Source: Bacillales bacterium UBA6356
Lineage (GTDB): Bacteria; Bacillota_I; Bacilli_A; RFN20; CAG-826
Assembly (NCBI GenBank): GCA_002440125.1
Contig: DJRQ01000035.1
Span: 2,900 to 66,899 of the forward strand
Length of the DNA stretch: 64,000 bases
Reading direction: 5' to 3'
Shown: one piece after another, positions 53,895-63,761 of the stretch
Numbering within the stretch: the first letter of the stretch is position 1
Layout of the letters: the number at the start of each line of letters is the position of its first letter
The notes under the pieces: generated by a model
Told to the model about the DNA's origin: nothing
Databases searched by the model: none
The model's input: the letters and a program-made list of their open reading frames with translations, nothing else
Position numbers and translations under genes: made by a program

Positions 53895-56213
53895 CTATTT
53901 GTTTGGGGAATCTATTTTCTCGATGGTGTAGACCCTGGTCCCAAAATCAAAGAGGACCCTGGTATCGCCGTTTAGCCCCGTCCCCTTCCATCTTTCGCTT
54001 AATGGCAATTGCTTGGCGCTTAATAGCTTTCCCGAAACCACTTGATCGAATTTCTCATTGGCAAGGCTCTTCCTTTTGGATAAGGCCAATAGGGCAAAAC
54101 CCTCTTCGTTAAGATGAATGGGCGAAAGATAGTTTACAAGATAGCCAAAAGAGGAGATAGGAAGCGCCTCTTCTCTGTCCCTCACGCGATATAGAGCGAG
54201 ATCCTCTAGGCCTTTTGCCGAAAGATATTCCCTTTCGCCATTAAGATTGTTCACCGAATAAAAGGTCGAGACCAAAGCCTTCCCCTCTTTTAAGACTTCC
54301 CAGCTTTCGCGTCTAAAATCGTTATCGAGAAAGGTTTCAAGGCGAAAGAAATCCCCGAATTGCAAAAGGAAACGATGTTCTTTATAGAAGCCTATTTGCT
54401 TTTTTATCGAGGAAAGCTCCACTTTTGAAAGATCCAAGAGATCGAGCTCATAGCCAAGGACGCCGAAAGAAGCGACGTCGAACTTGTTCTCAAAAGAGGT
54501 CTTCCTCATCGTTTGGCTATTGATTTTCGAAGAGACGTGATTGGATAAAGCGCTTAAGGGGAAGAAATAAGAAGCGCTTCTTTCGATCCGAATCCGTTCG
54601 AAGCTATCCGTGCAATCGCTTAGCCAGCTTTGATCGAAGTAGCGAAGCATGCCATAATCGAAGCGATTCCCGCCACTCGCGCAATTCTCCAAAAGCGCGT
54701 TCGGGAAGCGGCGACGGATTTCTTTCAAAACGGCATAAAGCCCCTTCATATAGTCCATCATGTAGGCGCCATTATTCCCGGGCACTTCTCCAAGTGGCCG
54801 ATTGAAATCCCACTTAAGGTAAGTGAGATTGGGGATGGAAAGGACTCTCGAGACGGAGGCGACGATAAATTCCTGAACCTCTTTTTTCGTGAGGTCCAAA
54901 ACGTATTGATGTCGCCCTAAAAGAGGTTCGCCCGAGGTGCTTTTTATTATCCAATCGGGATGGCGTCGATAAAGGTCGCTTTCCTTAGAAACCATTTCCG
55001 GCTCCATCCACGTCCCAAAGCCAAGTCCCAACTTCTTGGCGTAGGAAGATAAGCCTTCGAGTCCAGAAGGCAACTTCTTGGAGTTGCAATACCAATCTCC
55101 GAGGCTTCTTTTGTCGTCTTTTCTTTCCCCAAACCAGCCATCATCCAAGACGAAAAACTCGATGCCAAGTTCTTTCGCCTTTCGCATGAGGCGATGGATT
55201 CTGTTTTCGTTAAAATCCATTCCGGTAGCTTCCCAATTGTTATAGAAAACGGGCCTTTCCTTAGAAGCGTTCCCCTTAGGAAGAACATGATTCCTCATAA
55301 AAGAGTGGAAATTGTGAGAGAGGCCTTCTCTCCCTTGGGGCGAATAGCTCATCAAGGAAATGGGAGAAAGAGCGCTTCCGAAGGGGGGAAGGGTTTTTTC
55401 GAACAAAAGATCGGATACCCCTTGATGAACGCGGATACGACCTGAAATATCGCGATCGATTTCGGCGAAGAAGGAGCCGCTATAAAGGAAAGAGAAGCCA
55501 TATGCGCTCTCCATGGATTCCTCTTTCGAAAGAAGGAAGAAAGGGGCGAGGCGGTTCGAGGAAGCGCCGCTGTCGCTATAAAGGAGAGTCGTCCCTAATG
55601 GCACTTTTCTTCTTTCTTCGTGAAGCTCATTCGCCCACGCTCCGCCAAAGGTCGATAACATATAGCCTTCGTCGTTTAAAAGAAGGGAAAAGGAGGACAA
55701 TCTAAGGATTGATAGAGGCCCATCTCCCCCATTTCGAATTTCGATATAGCGGCCTATCACATCTTCTTTCGGATAAACAAGATAATGAAGAAGGAGCCGA
55801 ATATCGTTTCTTTCTTCCTTTAAACAGACGATGAGTTCCTCCCCATCCCCATATGGAGAGGGGAAATCGAGGTTTTCTTGTGCCTTACGAAGACGATAGG
55901 AATCGTAGAGGAAGGAGAAAGAGGCCCTTTCCTCCGTTTTCAAAATCAAAGAGGGCCGAGAAGGATTGCCTCCAAAAGGAAGAGTCGCTTCCAAGGGCTC
56001 CTGGTCCAAGGTGAAGTTTGGGTTATCCTCGCATAAATAAAGGGAAGAACCGCTGGGATTATTCACTTTTAGCCCGAAAGAAGGGATTTCCTCCTTTCGG
56101 ATTTTGGAGCCGAAGTGATCTAGCACGAGTCGCTTATTCGAATCTACTTCCAGCAAATAAGAGCTTTCCTTCCCAGAAAGAAGGAAAAAAGAGGGAAAAA
56201 CTTCAATGCTCAT
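53895..56213 (-). CDS. Alpha-galactosidase (GH36)
   Basis: GH36 catalytic region FVLDDGWFGERKDD... and C..SGG. The track start (TTG at 56264) overlaps the divergent GH2 gene, so the first ATG at 56213 is preferred, although its RBS is weak. Confidence 0.8.
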   Translation of the reverse strand: MSIEVFPSFFLLSGKESSYLLEVDSNKRLVLDHFGSKIRKEEIPSFGLKVNNPSGSSLYLCEDNPNFTLDQEPLEATLPFGGNPSRPSLILKTEERASFSFLYDSYRLRKAQENLDFPSPYGDGEELIVCLKEERNDIRLLLHYLVYPKEDVIGRYIEIRNGGDGPLSILRLSSFSLLLNDEGYMLSTFGGAWANELHEERRKVPLGTTLLYSDSGASSNRLAPFFLLSKEESMESAYGFSFLYSGSFFAEIDRDISGRIRVHQGVSDLLFEKTLPPFGSALSPISLMSYSPQGREGLSHNFHSFMRNHVLPKGNASKERPVFYNNWEATGMDFNENRIHRLMRKAKELGIEFFVLDDGWFGERKDDKRSLGDWYCNSKKLPSGLEGLSSYAKKLGLGFGTWMEPEMVSKESDLYRRHPDWIIKSTSGEPLLGRHQYVLDLTKKEVQEFIVASVSRVLSIPNLTYLKWDFNRPLGEVPGNNGAYMMDYMKGLYAVLKEIRRRFPNALLENCASGGNRFDYGMLRYFDQSWLSDCTDSFERIRIERSASYFFPLSALSNHVSSKINSQTMRKTSFENKFDVASFGVLGYELDLLDLSKVELSSIKKQIGFYKEHRFLLQFGDFFRLETFLDNDFRRESWEVLKEGKALVSTFYSVNNLNGEREYLSAKGLEDLALYRVRDREEALPISSFGYLVNYLSPIHLNEEGFALLALSKRKSLANEKFDQVVSGKLLSAKQLPLSERWKGTGLNGDTRVLFDFGTRVYTIEKIDSPNK

Positions 56214-56253
56214 TGCCCTCTCATGATAGCATAAGAAAAAAGAGGGTTGAGAA

Positions 56254-58590
56254 ATGGATTTCAAGAGTAACTACGATTGGCGCTTTGTCGAAGGCTACAA
56301 AGAGAGCTATTTGAAAGATGGCCTCCCTGAAACGGCAAGAAGGGTGGACCTCCCCCATTATGGCGTCAAAACGCCACGTCACTACTTCGACTCTTCCGTT
56401 TATCAAAAGGTTTTTTGCTACGAGAAGAGATTCGAAGTCTTTTTGGCGAAGGGCGAATCGCTCTTCCTAAGGATGGAAGGCGCCTTCCAAAAGACAAGAG
56501 CCTACCTCAATGGGCTCTTCGTCAAAGAAGAAATCACAAGCTATTTTCCGACTGTTTTCGACCTCACGCCCTTTGCTCAAGATGGGGAAAACCGCTTATT
56601 GCTGGTCGTGGATTCTCGTGAAGACAAAGCGATCCCTCCTTTTGGGAATGTCGTGGATTATATGACCTTCGCCGGCATCTATCGCCCTCTCGAACTCCAA
56701 ATCAAAAAGGAGAGCTTCATCGAAAAGGCGTTCTTTAGAGGCAAAGCCGATGGCACCTATCATATCGACGCTTCCGTGAAAGGCGAAGGAGAGCTTTTCT
56801 TCTCCCTTTCCAAAAACGGCCTTCCCATTCGGGATTTCAAAGAGAAAGAAGGACGGATATCCGATATCGATCCATGGGACATCGATAATCCGGTCCTTTA
56901 TTCTCTAAAAGCCTCCCTTAGAAAGGATGGCGTCCTTCTTGACGAAAAGAAGATGCAAATCGGTTTTCGCGATATCGAATGGAAGAGAAATGGCTTCTAT
57001 CTAAATGGAAAGAAGAGAAAGCTCCTTGGCTTGAATCGACACCAAAACTACCCCTTTATCGGCGCCAGCGCGACCAAAAGCCTTCAAGAACTCGATGCCG
57101 ACATCTTGAAAAGGGAAATCGGCGTCGACGTCGTTCGCACTTCCCATTATCCCCAAAGCGAAGATTTCTTATCGCGAGCCGACGAAATAGGCCTTTTGGT
57201 GATTGATGAGGTGCCGGGATGGCAATATGTTTCGAAAGACGAAAAGTGGCGTCAAGTCTTTCTGTCCTTCATCGAAAGAATGGTTCTAAAGGAAAGGAAC
57301 CACCCTTCTTTAATCGCCTATGGCGTCCGAATCGACGAAAGCGAAGACGACGATGAACTCTATTCGAAAGCCAATGAAATCGCCCATCGCCTTGATCCGA
57401 GTCGAAAGACGCTTGGCGTCAGGAACTTCAAAAAAAGCAGTCTTTTGGAAGATATCTACGCCTATAACGATTTCTCAGGCGGCGACGTCCAACATGGATT
57501 GACCAATCCGAAGACCATCACCAAAGCCAAAGCCCCGCTTCTTATAAGCGAATTCGCCGGCCATATGTTCCCGACCAAAGCCTTCGATAATCCTTCTCGG
57601 AGAGAAGAACAAGCTCTCCGTCATCTGAAGGTGATGGACGACTTCTATAAGCACCCAAACCTTTCCATGGCCATTGGCTGGTGCGCATTCGACTACAACA
57701 CCCACAAAGAATTCGGAAGCGGAGACGCCATATGCTACCATGGGGTAAATGACATCTATCGAAACCCCAAAGAAGCGTCTTTCGCCTATAAAAGCCAGAA
57801 AGAAGAAGGAACGGTTTTGGAGGTCCTTGGGAGCTTTATCACCGGCGATAACGACGAGGCTTTGATGAAGCCTCTTTACGTCCTCACCAATTGCGACTTC
57901 CTTTCTTTATATGCCAAAGACGCCTTTATCGGTCGTTTTTACCCAAATGCCGAAGCCTACCCCCATTTGCCCCATCCGCCGATATGCATCGACGATTGGA
58001 TCGGCGAAAGTTTTAAGGAAGGGCTTTCGAAAGGGAATTCCAAAAGAGTCGTCTCCCTTTTGAATGCGATCGCCTCGAAAGGGGTCGCCCATTTAGGGAT
58101 TGGCGATTATTTGCGATTCGCTTCCATCGCTCTAAGAACCGGACTAAAGGTCAAAAACATCACTTCCCTTTATTACAAATACGTCACATCCTGGGGGAAA
58201 GAGGCTAGAATCTATCGTTTGGAAGGTTATAAAAACGGAAAGAAGGTCATCGAAAAAAGGCTCTCTTTATCCACTTCGTGGCATATCGAAGCTTCTTTTT
58301 CCAAAGAGACACTCGAAAACAAGGAAACCTACGACACCTTGATGGTTCGACTTCTCGCCAAGGACGAAAATGGGAGCATTCTCCCCTATTTCGACGAAGT
58401 CGCCTCGCTTTCTTTGGAAGGCCCTTTGGAAGCGCTTAGCCCCACTCGACTGGCATTTTCGGGAGGTCGTCTTTCTTTTCTTATTCGTTCCAAAGACACC
58501 AAAGAAAATGCCTTGGGCCATATCCGGATTGAGATAGAAAAAGAAGTTCTAAAGAAAGATATCGAAGTGCTTTCTTACCACCTGTTATAG
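56254..58590 (+). CDS. Glycoside hydrolase family 2 (beta-galactosidase/beta-mannosidase-like)
   Basis: GH2 TIM-barrel signature DVVRTSHYPQSEDFLSRADEIGLLVIDEVPGWQ. The N-terminal sugar-binding and Ig-like domain layout fits. AGAGGG RBS 7 nt upstream of ATG 56254. Confidence 0.8.
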   Translation: MDFKSNYDWRFVEGYKESYLKDGLPETARRVDLPHYGVKTPRHYFDSSVYQKVFCYEKRFEVFLAKGESLFLRMEGAFQKTRAYLNGLFVKEEITSYFPTVFDLTPFAQDGENRLLLVVDSREDKAIPPFGNVVDYMTFAGIYRPLELQIKKESFIEKAFFRGKADGTYHIDASVKGEGELFFSLSKNGLPIRDFKEKEGRISDIDPWDIDNPVLYSLKASLRKDGVLLDEKKMQIGFRDIEWKRNGFYLNGKKRKLLGLNRHQNYPFIGASATKSLQELDADILKREIGVDVVRTSHYPQSEDFLSRADEIGLLVIDEVPGWQYVSKDEKWRQVFLSFIERMVLKERNHPSLIAYGVRIDESEDDDELYSKANEIAHRLDPSRKTLGVRNFKKSSLLEDIYAYNDFSGGDVQHGLTNPKTITKAKAPLLISEFAGHMFPTKAFDNPSRREEQALRHLKVMDDFYKHPNLSMAIGWCAFDYNTHKEFGSGDAICYHGVNDIYRNPKEASFAYKSQKEEGTVLEVLGSFITGDNDEALMKPLYVLTNCDFLSLYAKDAFIGRFYPNAEAYPHLPHPPICIDDWIGESFKEGLSKGNSKRVVSLLNAIASKGVAHLGIGDYLRFASIALRTGLKVKNITSLYYKYVTSWGKEARIYRLEGYKNGKKVIEKRLSLSTSWHIEASFSKETLENKETYDTLMVRLLAKDENGSILPYFDEVASLSLEGPLEALSPTRLAFSGGRLSFLIRSKDTKENALGHIRIEIEKEVLKKDIEVLSYHLL

Positions 58591-59597
58591 ACTTTTTCGG
58601 CAAAACCTGGGACGTCTTGGAAAGAAATGTCCCTTTCTGGGGCGTGAAAGATGCCGCAAAAAAGGCCAAACACTTGGTTTTGATTGCTTCGGAAGACCAA
58701 TAGATTGGTATCGCTATGACGGTTCAATATCGGCCTAAAAGAGGCTTCAAGGCCGCTTCCTAGGATTTTCCAAGGCCCTAGGAAATCCTCTTTGCCATTT
58801 TCGAAAAGAGGTATTTCGAAATGCACTTTTTCAAGCTTATAGACCGCCTCATCATAATAAAACACATTCTCGCTGGCCGCGCTTGTATCGCCAAAGCCAT
58901 AGCCAAGGTTCCAGCCAACTCGATGCCCTTGGCTTTCCCCATTTAGACTCGACCAATACCATGTGTTTTTATAAGTCCAAACCCCTCTCCCCCAATCCAA
59001 GGCGCCATAGGAAGAAGAGAAATCAAAGACTTTATCGCCCCATTTCGCCATTCCTATGGGCTTAAGGAGATTGATTTTCTGGTTGTAATAGAAATGCCTT
59101 TTCTTTTTAAATGGCGTAGCGATGACAAGAGAGTTTCCTTGAAGCGTTTCCTCTAAAGATAGATCGATATCGAGGGCCTTTTCGGACTTCGCGAAATTCG
59201 ATAGATGGCCCTTTATCCTTCTAGAGCCGTCTTCCTTCGCCTCAAAAGAAAGGAAGTCTTTGCCTTTCCGATAAACGGACTCCCCAAAACGAGAGGAGGA
59301 AGGAAGATGAATTCTTCCAAGAGGGAAGGGCCTTGTAAGAAGCTTGTCGAAATGTCTTTTCTCTTTAAAATCAAGGAGAGTGACGCTTAAAAGATCCATA
59401 TAGCCGTTATCGGCAATCGTCAAAGCGAGCCCGAAGTCCTGGTTGCCGAGGTAGTAATAATCCCATTCTTTGATGCGGGATTTACCCACTTTGACATCCT
59501 TTCGGTTATAGTTCCTTAGAAGGGCGTGAGCATAGCCTTTCTCATAAAGTTCCCCTTTTTCATCCAAAAGAGGGCCGTTTGTCAATCGCTTTTCCAT
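58575..59597 (-). CDS. Hypothetical protein, DUF2804-like (tentative)
   Basis: 340 aa. The early KEWDYYYLG block and overall length resemble DUF2804 proteins, though this rests on recall only. Its 3' end overlaps the GH2 stop convergently by 16 nt. Confidence 0.4.
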   Translation of the reverse strand: MEKRLTNGPLLDEKGELYEKGYAHALLRNYNRKDVKVGKSRIKEWDYYYLGNQDFGLALTIADNGYMDLLSVTLLDFKEKRHFDKLLTRPFPLGRIHLPSSSRFGESVYRKGKDFLSFEAKEDGSRRIKGHLSNFAKSEKALDIDLSLEETLQGNSLVIATPFKKKRHFYYNQKINLLKPIGMAKWGDKVFDFSSSYGALDWGRGVWTYKNTWYWSSLNGESQGHRVGWNLGYGFGDTSAASENVFYYDEAVYKLEKVHFEIPLFENGKEDFLGPWKILGSGLEASFRPILNRHSDTNLLVFRSNQNQVFGLFCGIFHAPERDISFQDVPGFAEKVYNRW

Positions 59598-59677
59598 ATT
59601 GCATCCTTTGCCTTATTATCGCATAACCTCAAAAAGGGTCAAATTGCCTCTTGGAAAAGAAATGCTAAAATGGAGGC

Positions 59678-60256
59678 ATGAAAACACTCATAATCGACAG
59701 TTCCTTGTCGGAGACCTCTTTGACGAGAAAGACTTTATCGCTTTGCTTGGATTATCTAAAAAGGGAAGGGCTTCATGAGATGTCCTTCCTCCGTTTGGAC
59801 GATCTCCATCACGAGATTAAGCCGCTTACCAAGGAAAGACTTCAAAAAAGAAAAGAACTTCTAGCGAAAAAAGAATACGAGAACGAAATCTTTAAGTTTG
59901 CCAATATCCTTAAAGATGCCGACAAGATCCTTATCGCCTCTCCTTTCTACGATTTGAGCGTTCCCGCTTTGCTAAAGTGCTTTATCGAAATGACAATGGT
60001 CGATGGCTTGACTTTCAAAGACGATGGCGATCACGCAAAAGGACTATTGAAGGCGAAAGAACTCCTCTTCCTCTATGTGAGTGGCTACGAGATTTGCGAA
60101 AGCAATCCCGATTTCGCTTCCCCTTACATCGAAGGAATCGCTAAAATGTGGGGTGTAAAGGAATACGATTCCTTCCATTTGGATTGGAATAAGGCGAATA
60201 GCCTAAAAGAAGTTCCCTTCGAATTAAAAGAGAAACTCAAGCATTTCATGGAGTGA
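59678..60256 (+). CDS. Flavodoxin-like fold NAD(P)H-dependent FMN oxidoreductase (azoreductase AzoR-like)
   Basis: 192 aa. N-terminal MKTLIIDSSLSETSLTRK and ILIASPFYDLSVPALLKCFIE match the AzoR/ACP-phosphodiesterase family pattern. Confidence 0.65.
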   Translation: MKTLIIDSSLSETSLTRKTLSLCLDYLKREGLHEMSFLRLDDLHHEIKPLTKERLQKRKELLAKKEYENEIFKFANILKDADKILIASPFYDLSVPALLKCFIEMTMVDGLTFKDDGDHAKGLLKAKELLFLYVSGYEICESNPDFASPYIEGIAKMWGVKEYDSFHLDWNKANSLKEVPFELKEKLKHFME

Positions 60257-60260
60257 AAAA

Positions 60261-60692
60261 ATGGAAATCAGACCGAATAACGAAAAAGACGTTTTCGACG
60301 AAAAAGGCGTCTATCAAAAGAAAAGAGACGATAAGGCAGATTTCAATATGCTAGGATGCATCGGAAGCGGCCTTTTCGGATTGCTTTTAATCGCCTATAT
60401 CATTCTTTCCGTCTGTTTGCCTTCTTTCAGGGCGCCAAGCGGATTGAATGCCTGGGCTACTTTTTGGCCCATCTTGCTTTTGGCGGATGTGCCTGTTTCT
60501 ATTGTGCGAGCGATAAAGAAAGGGCGTTTTTGCGAGTTCTCGATTTGGGGCGTTGCTCTCTTCGTCTATCTCTTCTTGGGGATGTATCGCTTTTATTGGC
60601 ACCCTTATTGGGTGATTCTCTTATCGATTCCCGCCTATTATTTCGTCTTTAAGCCAATCGATAAGCTCCTTATCAAAATACGAAGAGATTGA
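60261..60692 (+). CDS. Small hypothetical membrane protein (4 predicted TM segments)
   Basis: 143 aa. Hydrophobic spans GLFGLLLIAYIILSV, WATFWPILLLADVPV, GVALFVYLFLGMY and VILLSIPAYYFVF. Confidence 0.45.
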   Translation: MEIRPNNEKDVFDEKGVYQKKRDDKADFNMLGCIGSGLFGLLLIAYIILSVCLPSFRAPSGLNAWATFWPILLLADVPVSIVRAIKKGRFCEFSIWGVALFVYLFLGMYRFYWHPYWVILLSIPAYYFVFKPIDKLLIKIRRD

Positions 60693-60740
60693 AAACGAAG
60701 AAAAAGGCGGGGACCATCGATCCTCGCCTTTCTTTTTTTA
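60691..60740. terminator. Bidirectional terminator between the small membrane protein gene (+) and ftsZ (-)
   Basis: Imperfect hairpin aggcgggg...cctcgcct (60705-60729) with a T-run on the right of the plus strand and an A-run on the left. Confidence 0.4.
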
Positions 60741-61859
60741 TTCGTTATCGGAAGTCCCTTTCAGGAAGTCTGGCAAGATGTTATTGACCAAATCATCTTC
60801 GTTTTGATCGTCTTTGTTAGCCTCTTCTTTCTTTTCGAGCGAAGGCTTTTCAAGAAGAGTCGGTTTGGGCACGCTCGAGAAGTCGACTTCCTCGGCGAAG
60901 TCCGTCGCGATAACAGAAAGCAAAAGGCAACCATCCAGATTCGGGTTTATGGAAACGCCAAACTTAATGTCGATAGCGCCTCCGCTTTGGGAATTGATGA
61001 TGGAAACGCAACGTTGGGCTTCGTATAGCGTCACGCCGCTGCCGCAAGTAACCGAGCAAATCGCGCGACGGGCCCCGGAAATGGAAGCTTCGAGCAAGGG
61101 CGAGTTAATGGCGCTTTCGGCGGCTTCTTCCGCTTTGTGTTCGCCTTTGCCGACGCCATAGCCGATCAAAGCCACGCCGCTATTCTTAAGAGTGCTCTTC
61201 ACATCGGCGAAATCGAGATTGACCATAGCGGGCACAAGGATCAAATCGGCCACCGTGCGAACGCTCTGAGCGAGAACGCGATCGGACTCTTGGAAGGCTT
61301 CGTTAATCGGGCAATCGCCATTGCACATCAAGAGTTTGTCGTTCGAAACGATGATGATGCTATCGACGGCATCGCGAAGGGCGTTGAGGCCTTGGACGCT
61401 ATTCTCGATTCTCTTTTGTCCTTCGAAATTGAAAGGACGCGTGACAATGGCCAAGGTAAGGCAACCGCTTTCCTTGGCGATCTTGGCAATAACAGGCGCA
61501 GCTCCAGTGCCCGTTCCCTTGCCCATGCCAGCGGCGATAAAGACCATATCCGCGCCCTTGACGATCTCTTTGATTTTGTCTTCGCTGGCTTCGGCGGCTT
61601 GCTTCCCGACAGCAGGATCGCCACCGGCGCCTAGGCCTTTGGTGATGCTTTCGCCTAAAACGATGCGATTCGGAGCCTTGCTCGAAGCAAGGGCTTGCTT
61701 ATCGGTATTGCACACATAGAAATCGACGTTTTGGATATTGTCGTCGATCATGCGGTTAACGGCATTGTTTCCAGCTCCCCCCACACCGATAACAACGATT
61801 CGAGCGACCGGCTCGAAATTGTCGAGGTCTTCAACGTCGTTTTTTTCTTCATCCATCAT
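60738..61859 (-). CDS. ftsZ: Cell division GTPase FtsZ
   Basis: Tubulin signature GGGTGTG. N-terminal IVVIGVGGAGNNAV. Acidic C-terminal linker and tail. Confidence 0.95.
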   Translation of the reverse strand: MMDEEKNDVEDLDNFEPVARIVVIGVGGAGNNAVNRMIDDNIQNVDFYVCNTDKQALASSKAPNRIVLGESITKGLGAGGDPAVGKQAAEASEDKIKEIVKGADMVFIAAGMGKGTGTGAAPVIAKIAKESGCLTLAIVTRPFNFEGQKRIENSVQGLNALRDAVDSIIIVSNDKLLMCNGDCPINEAFQESDRVLAQSVRTVADLILVPAMVNLDFADVKSTLKNSGVALIGYGVGKGEHKAEEAAESAINSPLLEASISGARRAICSVTCGSGVTLYEAQRCVSIINSQSGGAIDIKFGVSINPNLDGCLLLSVIATDFAEEVDFSSVPKPTLLEKPSLEKKEEANKDDQNEDDLVNNILPDFLKGTSDNE

Positions 61860-63067
61860 TCTTCGTCTCCTTTTTCCCTAGTGAGGGCGCTTACCCCATG
61901 ATAATGATCTTCCAATGTGCCGTGATATTCGCCGCTTGTCGCGATGGCGCCGAGAATATTCGACATTGCTGGATCCCTTCCGCCAATGACATCTGGCACG
62001 AAGTGGATAAATTTGGAATTCGGCAAGCCCATTTTCAAGAGTTCTTCGATGCCATAAAGGGAACTCGCTCCGCCTGTGTAGATAATGGGGAGAGAGGAAA
62101 CGGCATTCGGCCCCGCCTTTTTCCCAAGCGATTCGATCGCATTGACCAGCATGCCATCGAAATTCCTGAAATATCCAGCAATGGAAAGGTTTATCTTCTC
62201 TTGGCTTACTTGTTCTTTTGGGAAGCTTTTCTCTTTGACCATAAGAGGAGTCGAAAAGCTTCTTTTGCGAAGATTATAGCCATATTTCTTTTTGAGGGCT
62301 TCGGCATCGAGAAGCGTAAGACCAAGGGAGGTCGCCAACGTCTCGCTCAGTTTTTTCCCACCAAGCGCGAACAAAACGCTTCCATAAAGGCAACCCTTCC
62401 CCACAAGGCTAAGCGTCGAAAGGCTTTCCCCCATATCGAGAAGCAAATAGCTCTCGGGATAAGAGGCATTGGTCTTGATGAGTTCCGAAACGCAAAAAGG
62501 CGAAACGATGGAGCGACGGACTCGGAAATCGGCCGCTTGAGTCGTCCTTTGATAGCTTGTTATAACGCGACCGGGAAGGGTATGGATCTGCGCTTCGATG
62601 CTAATGGAAGCGCTATGCTTTTGAAGAGGAGGGTTCGTAAAGCACTCTCCCGAAGAAGTCATAAAAAAATCAGGGATGATATCCACCACCAAATTGCCGC
62701 TCGGAATCGCCTCTTTTTTGACAAGGCTCATGACGTTATTGATATCGAGTTCGTTGATGATGGATTCGGTGCTGACGACGTTAGTGGTCTTATTCGTGCG
62801 ATAGACCTCAAAGCCAAGAGCGGGCAACAAAAGCGAAATCTCATCCGTGTCCACTTTAAGACGGAGCGCTTCATCGTCAAAAGAAGTAAGGGTCTTCAAA
62901 ACCTTCGAAACCGCTTCCTCATTCTTGATGTCGCCTTGGTAGAGGGAACCGCTCGGAAGCTCTTTCTCGGAATAATAAAGAAGGTTGGTCTTATTGTTCG
63001 AGGAGTAGCCGACGGCGAATTTCACTTTATCGGAGCAAATTTCTAAAGCTGCAACATTCTTAACCAT
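61856..63067 (-). CDS. ftsA: Cell division protein FtsA (actin-like ATPase)
   Basis: 403 aa with an actin/HSP70 fold pattern. Sits directly upstream of ftsZ with a 4-nt overlap. Confidence 0.85.
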   Translation of the reverse strand: MVKNVAALEICSDKVKFAVGYSSNNKTNLLYYSEKELPSGSLYQGDIKNEEAVSKVLKTLTSFDDEALRLKVDTDEISLLLPALGFEVYRTNKTTNVVSTESIINELDINNVMSLVKKEAIPSGNLVVDIIPDFFMTSSGECFTNPPLQKHSASISIEAQIHTLPGRVITSYQRTTQAADFRVRRSIVSPFCVSELIKTNASYPESYLLLDMGESLSTLSLVGKGCLYGSVLFALGGKKLSETLATSLGLTLLDAEALKKKYGYNLRKRSFSTPLMVKEKSFPKEQVSQEKINLSIAGYFRNFDGMLVNAIESLGKKAGPNAVSSLPIIYTGGASSLYGIEELLKMGLPNSKFIHFVPDVIGGRDPAMSNILGAIATSGEYHGTLEDHYHGVSALTREKGDEE

Positions 63068-63129
63068 AATTTTCTTACCGTGATAATCATAGATTATGCT
63101 TTCTTTTCTCTCAAGATAAATTGTTATAA

Positions 63130-63168
63130 AAATAGTAGTTTTATAAAGCTACTTATTTTCTACTATTT
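63130..63168. repeat. Nested inverted/direct repeats (aaatagtag ... gctact ... ctactattt) in AT-rich ftsA upstream region; candidate operator
   Basis: Two 9-bp inverted arms, 63130-63138 and 63160-63168, with an extra ctact copy inside the spacer. Confidence 0.3.
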
Positions 63169-63427
63169 ATTTACCATTATATCGTATTTATCGGTAGTTT
63201 TGAGCAAATAAAAGAGTCAAAAAAGAGACCAGGAGTTTCTTTCTTCTTCTTTTTGGAAAGAGGCAATCGGCATGGGTAAGCCTTTTGTCTCACGCGTTTT
63301 TAGACGCTCTCGCTTCTTTAAGCCCTTTGATCCTCCCCTCTTCCCTCTTAGTGGGAAAGCTAGCCTCAATTTGACAATCCCCCATCGATCTTCTCGGCTC
63401 TAAAAAACGAATAAGCTCATTTAGCAA

Positions 63428-63458
63428 ACGAAAAAGAAAAGGCTCCCCGGCAGGAGCC
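63428..63458 (-). terminator. Rho-independent terminator after the FtsL-like gene (stem ggctcc/ggagcc)
   Basis: 6-bp stem with loop ccggca at 63441-63458, followed on the minus strand by TTTTCTTTTTCG. Confidence 0.5.
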
Positions 63459-63487
63459 TTCAGGAAAAAGAGGGGCTTGAACCGTTT

Positions 63488-63739
63488 CTATTGTGCGATG
63501 CCCTCAGGGAAATAGATTTTTCCTTTTTCTTCCGCTTCCGAAGAATCTTCTTCTTTTTGGGAATCCTCGCTTTGAGAGGCATTCGCAGCCTCGGCTTGCG
63601 TTTCTGCGATGCGATAGGTGATTCCCACTGGAATAGCCGCCAAAGAAAGGCCTAGGATTCCGAATAGGAAGATCCCGAAAAAGCCTTTCGCTTTGTAATA
63701 GCCTCTTTTGTGTCCGGTTTTCTCTAGTTTGTTCTTCAT
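63488..63739 (-). CDS. Small bitopic membrane protein, FtsL-like by position (between rsmH and ftsA)
   Basis: The start is trimmed to ATG at 63739 (MKNKLEKTGH...), which has an AAGGAG RBS. It has one TM helix (GFFGIFLFGILGLSLAAIPVG) and an acidic C-terminal tail. The track start overlaps the rsmH 3' end. Confidence 0.4.
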   Translation of the reverse strand: MKNKLEKTGHKRGYYKAKGFFGIFLFGILGLSLAAIPVGITYRIAETQAEAANASQSEDSQKEEDSSEAEEKGKIYFPEGIAQ

Positions 63740-63761
63740 TGTGGCTTTTTCTCCTTTCTCG

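Noticed and set aside
53200-54112. Two track ORFs (53200-53706 minus, Leu/Phe-rich; 53456-54112 plus, Lys/Arg-rich) overlapping the initiator tRNA, its promoter and terminator
   Set aside because: Both are low-complexity frames. One starts between the tRNA 3' end and its terminator hairpin. The other reads straight through the tRNA gene and into the GH36 3' end on the opposite strand. They have no RBS and no domain signal, so they are most likely spurious.
58575-58590. 16-nt convergent overlap of the GH2 3' end with the downstream minus-strand DUF2804-like gene
   Set aside because: A short convergent overlap is compatible with both genes being real. No frameshift is needed to explain it. Noted only as context.
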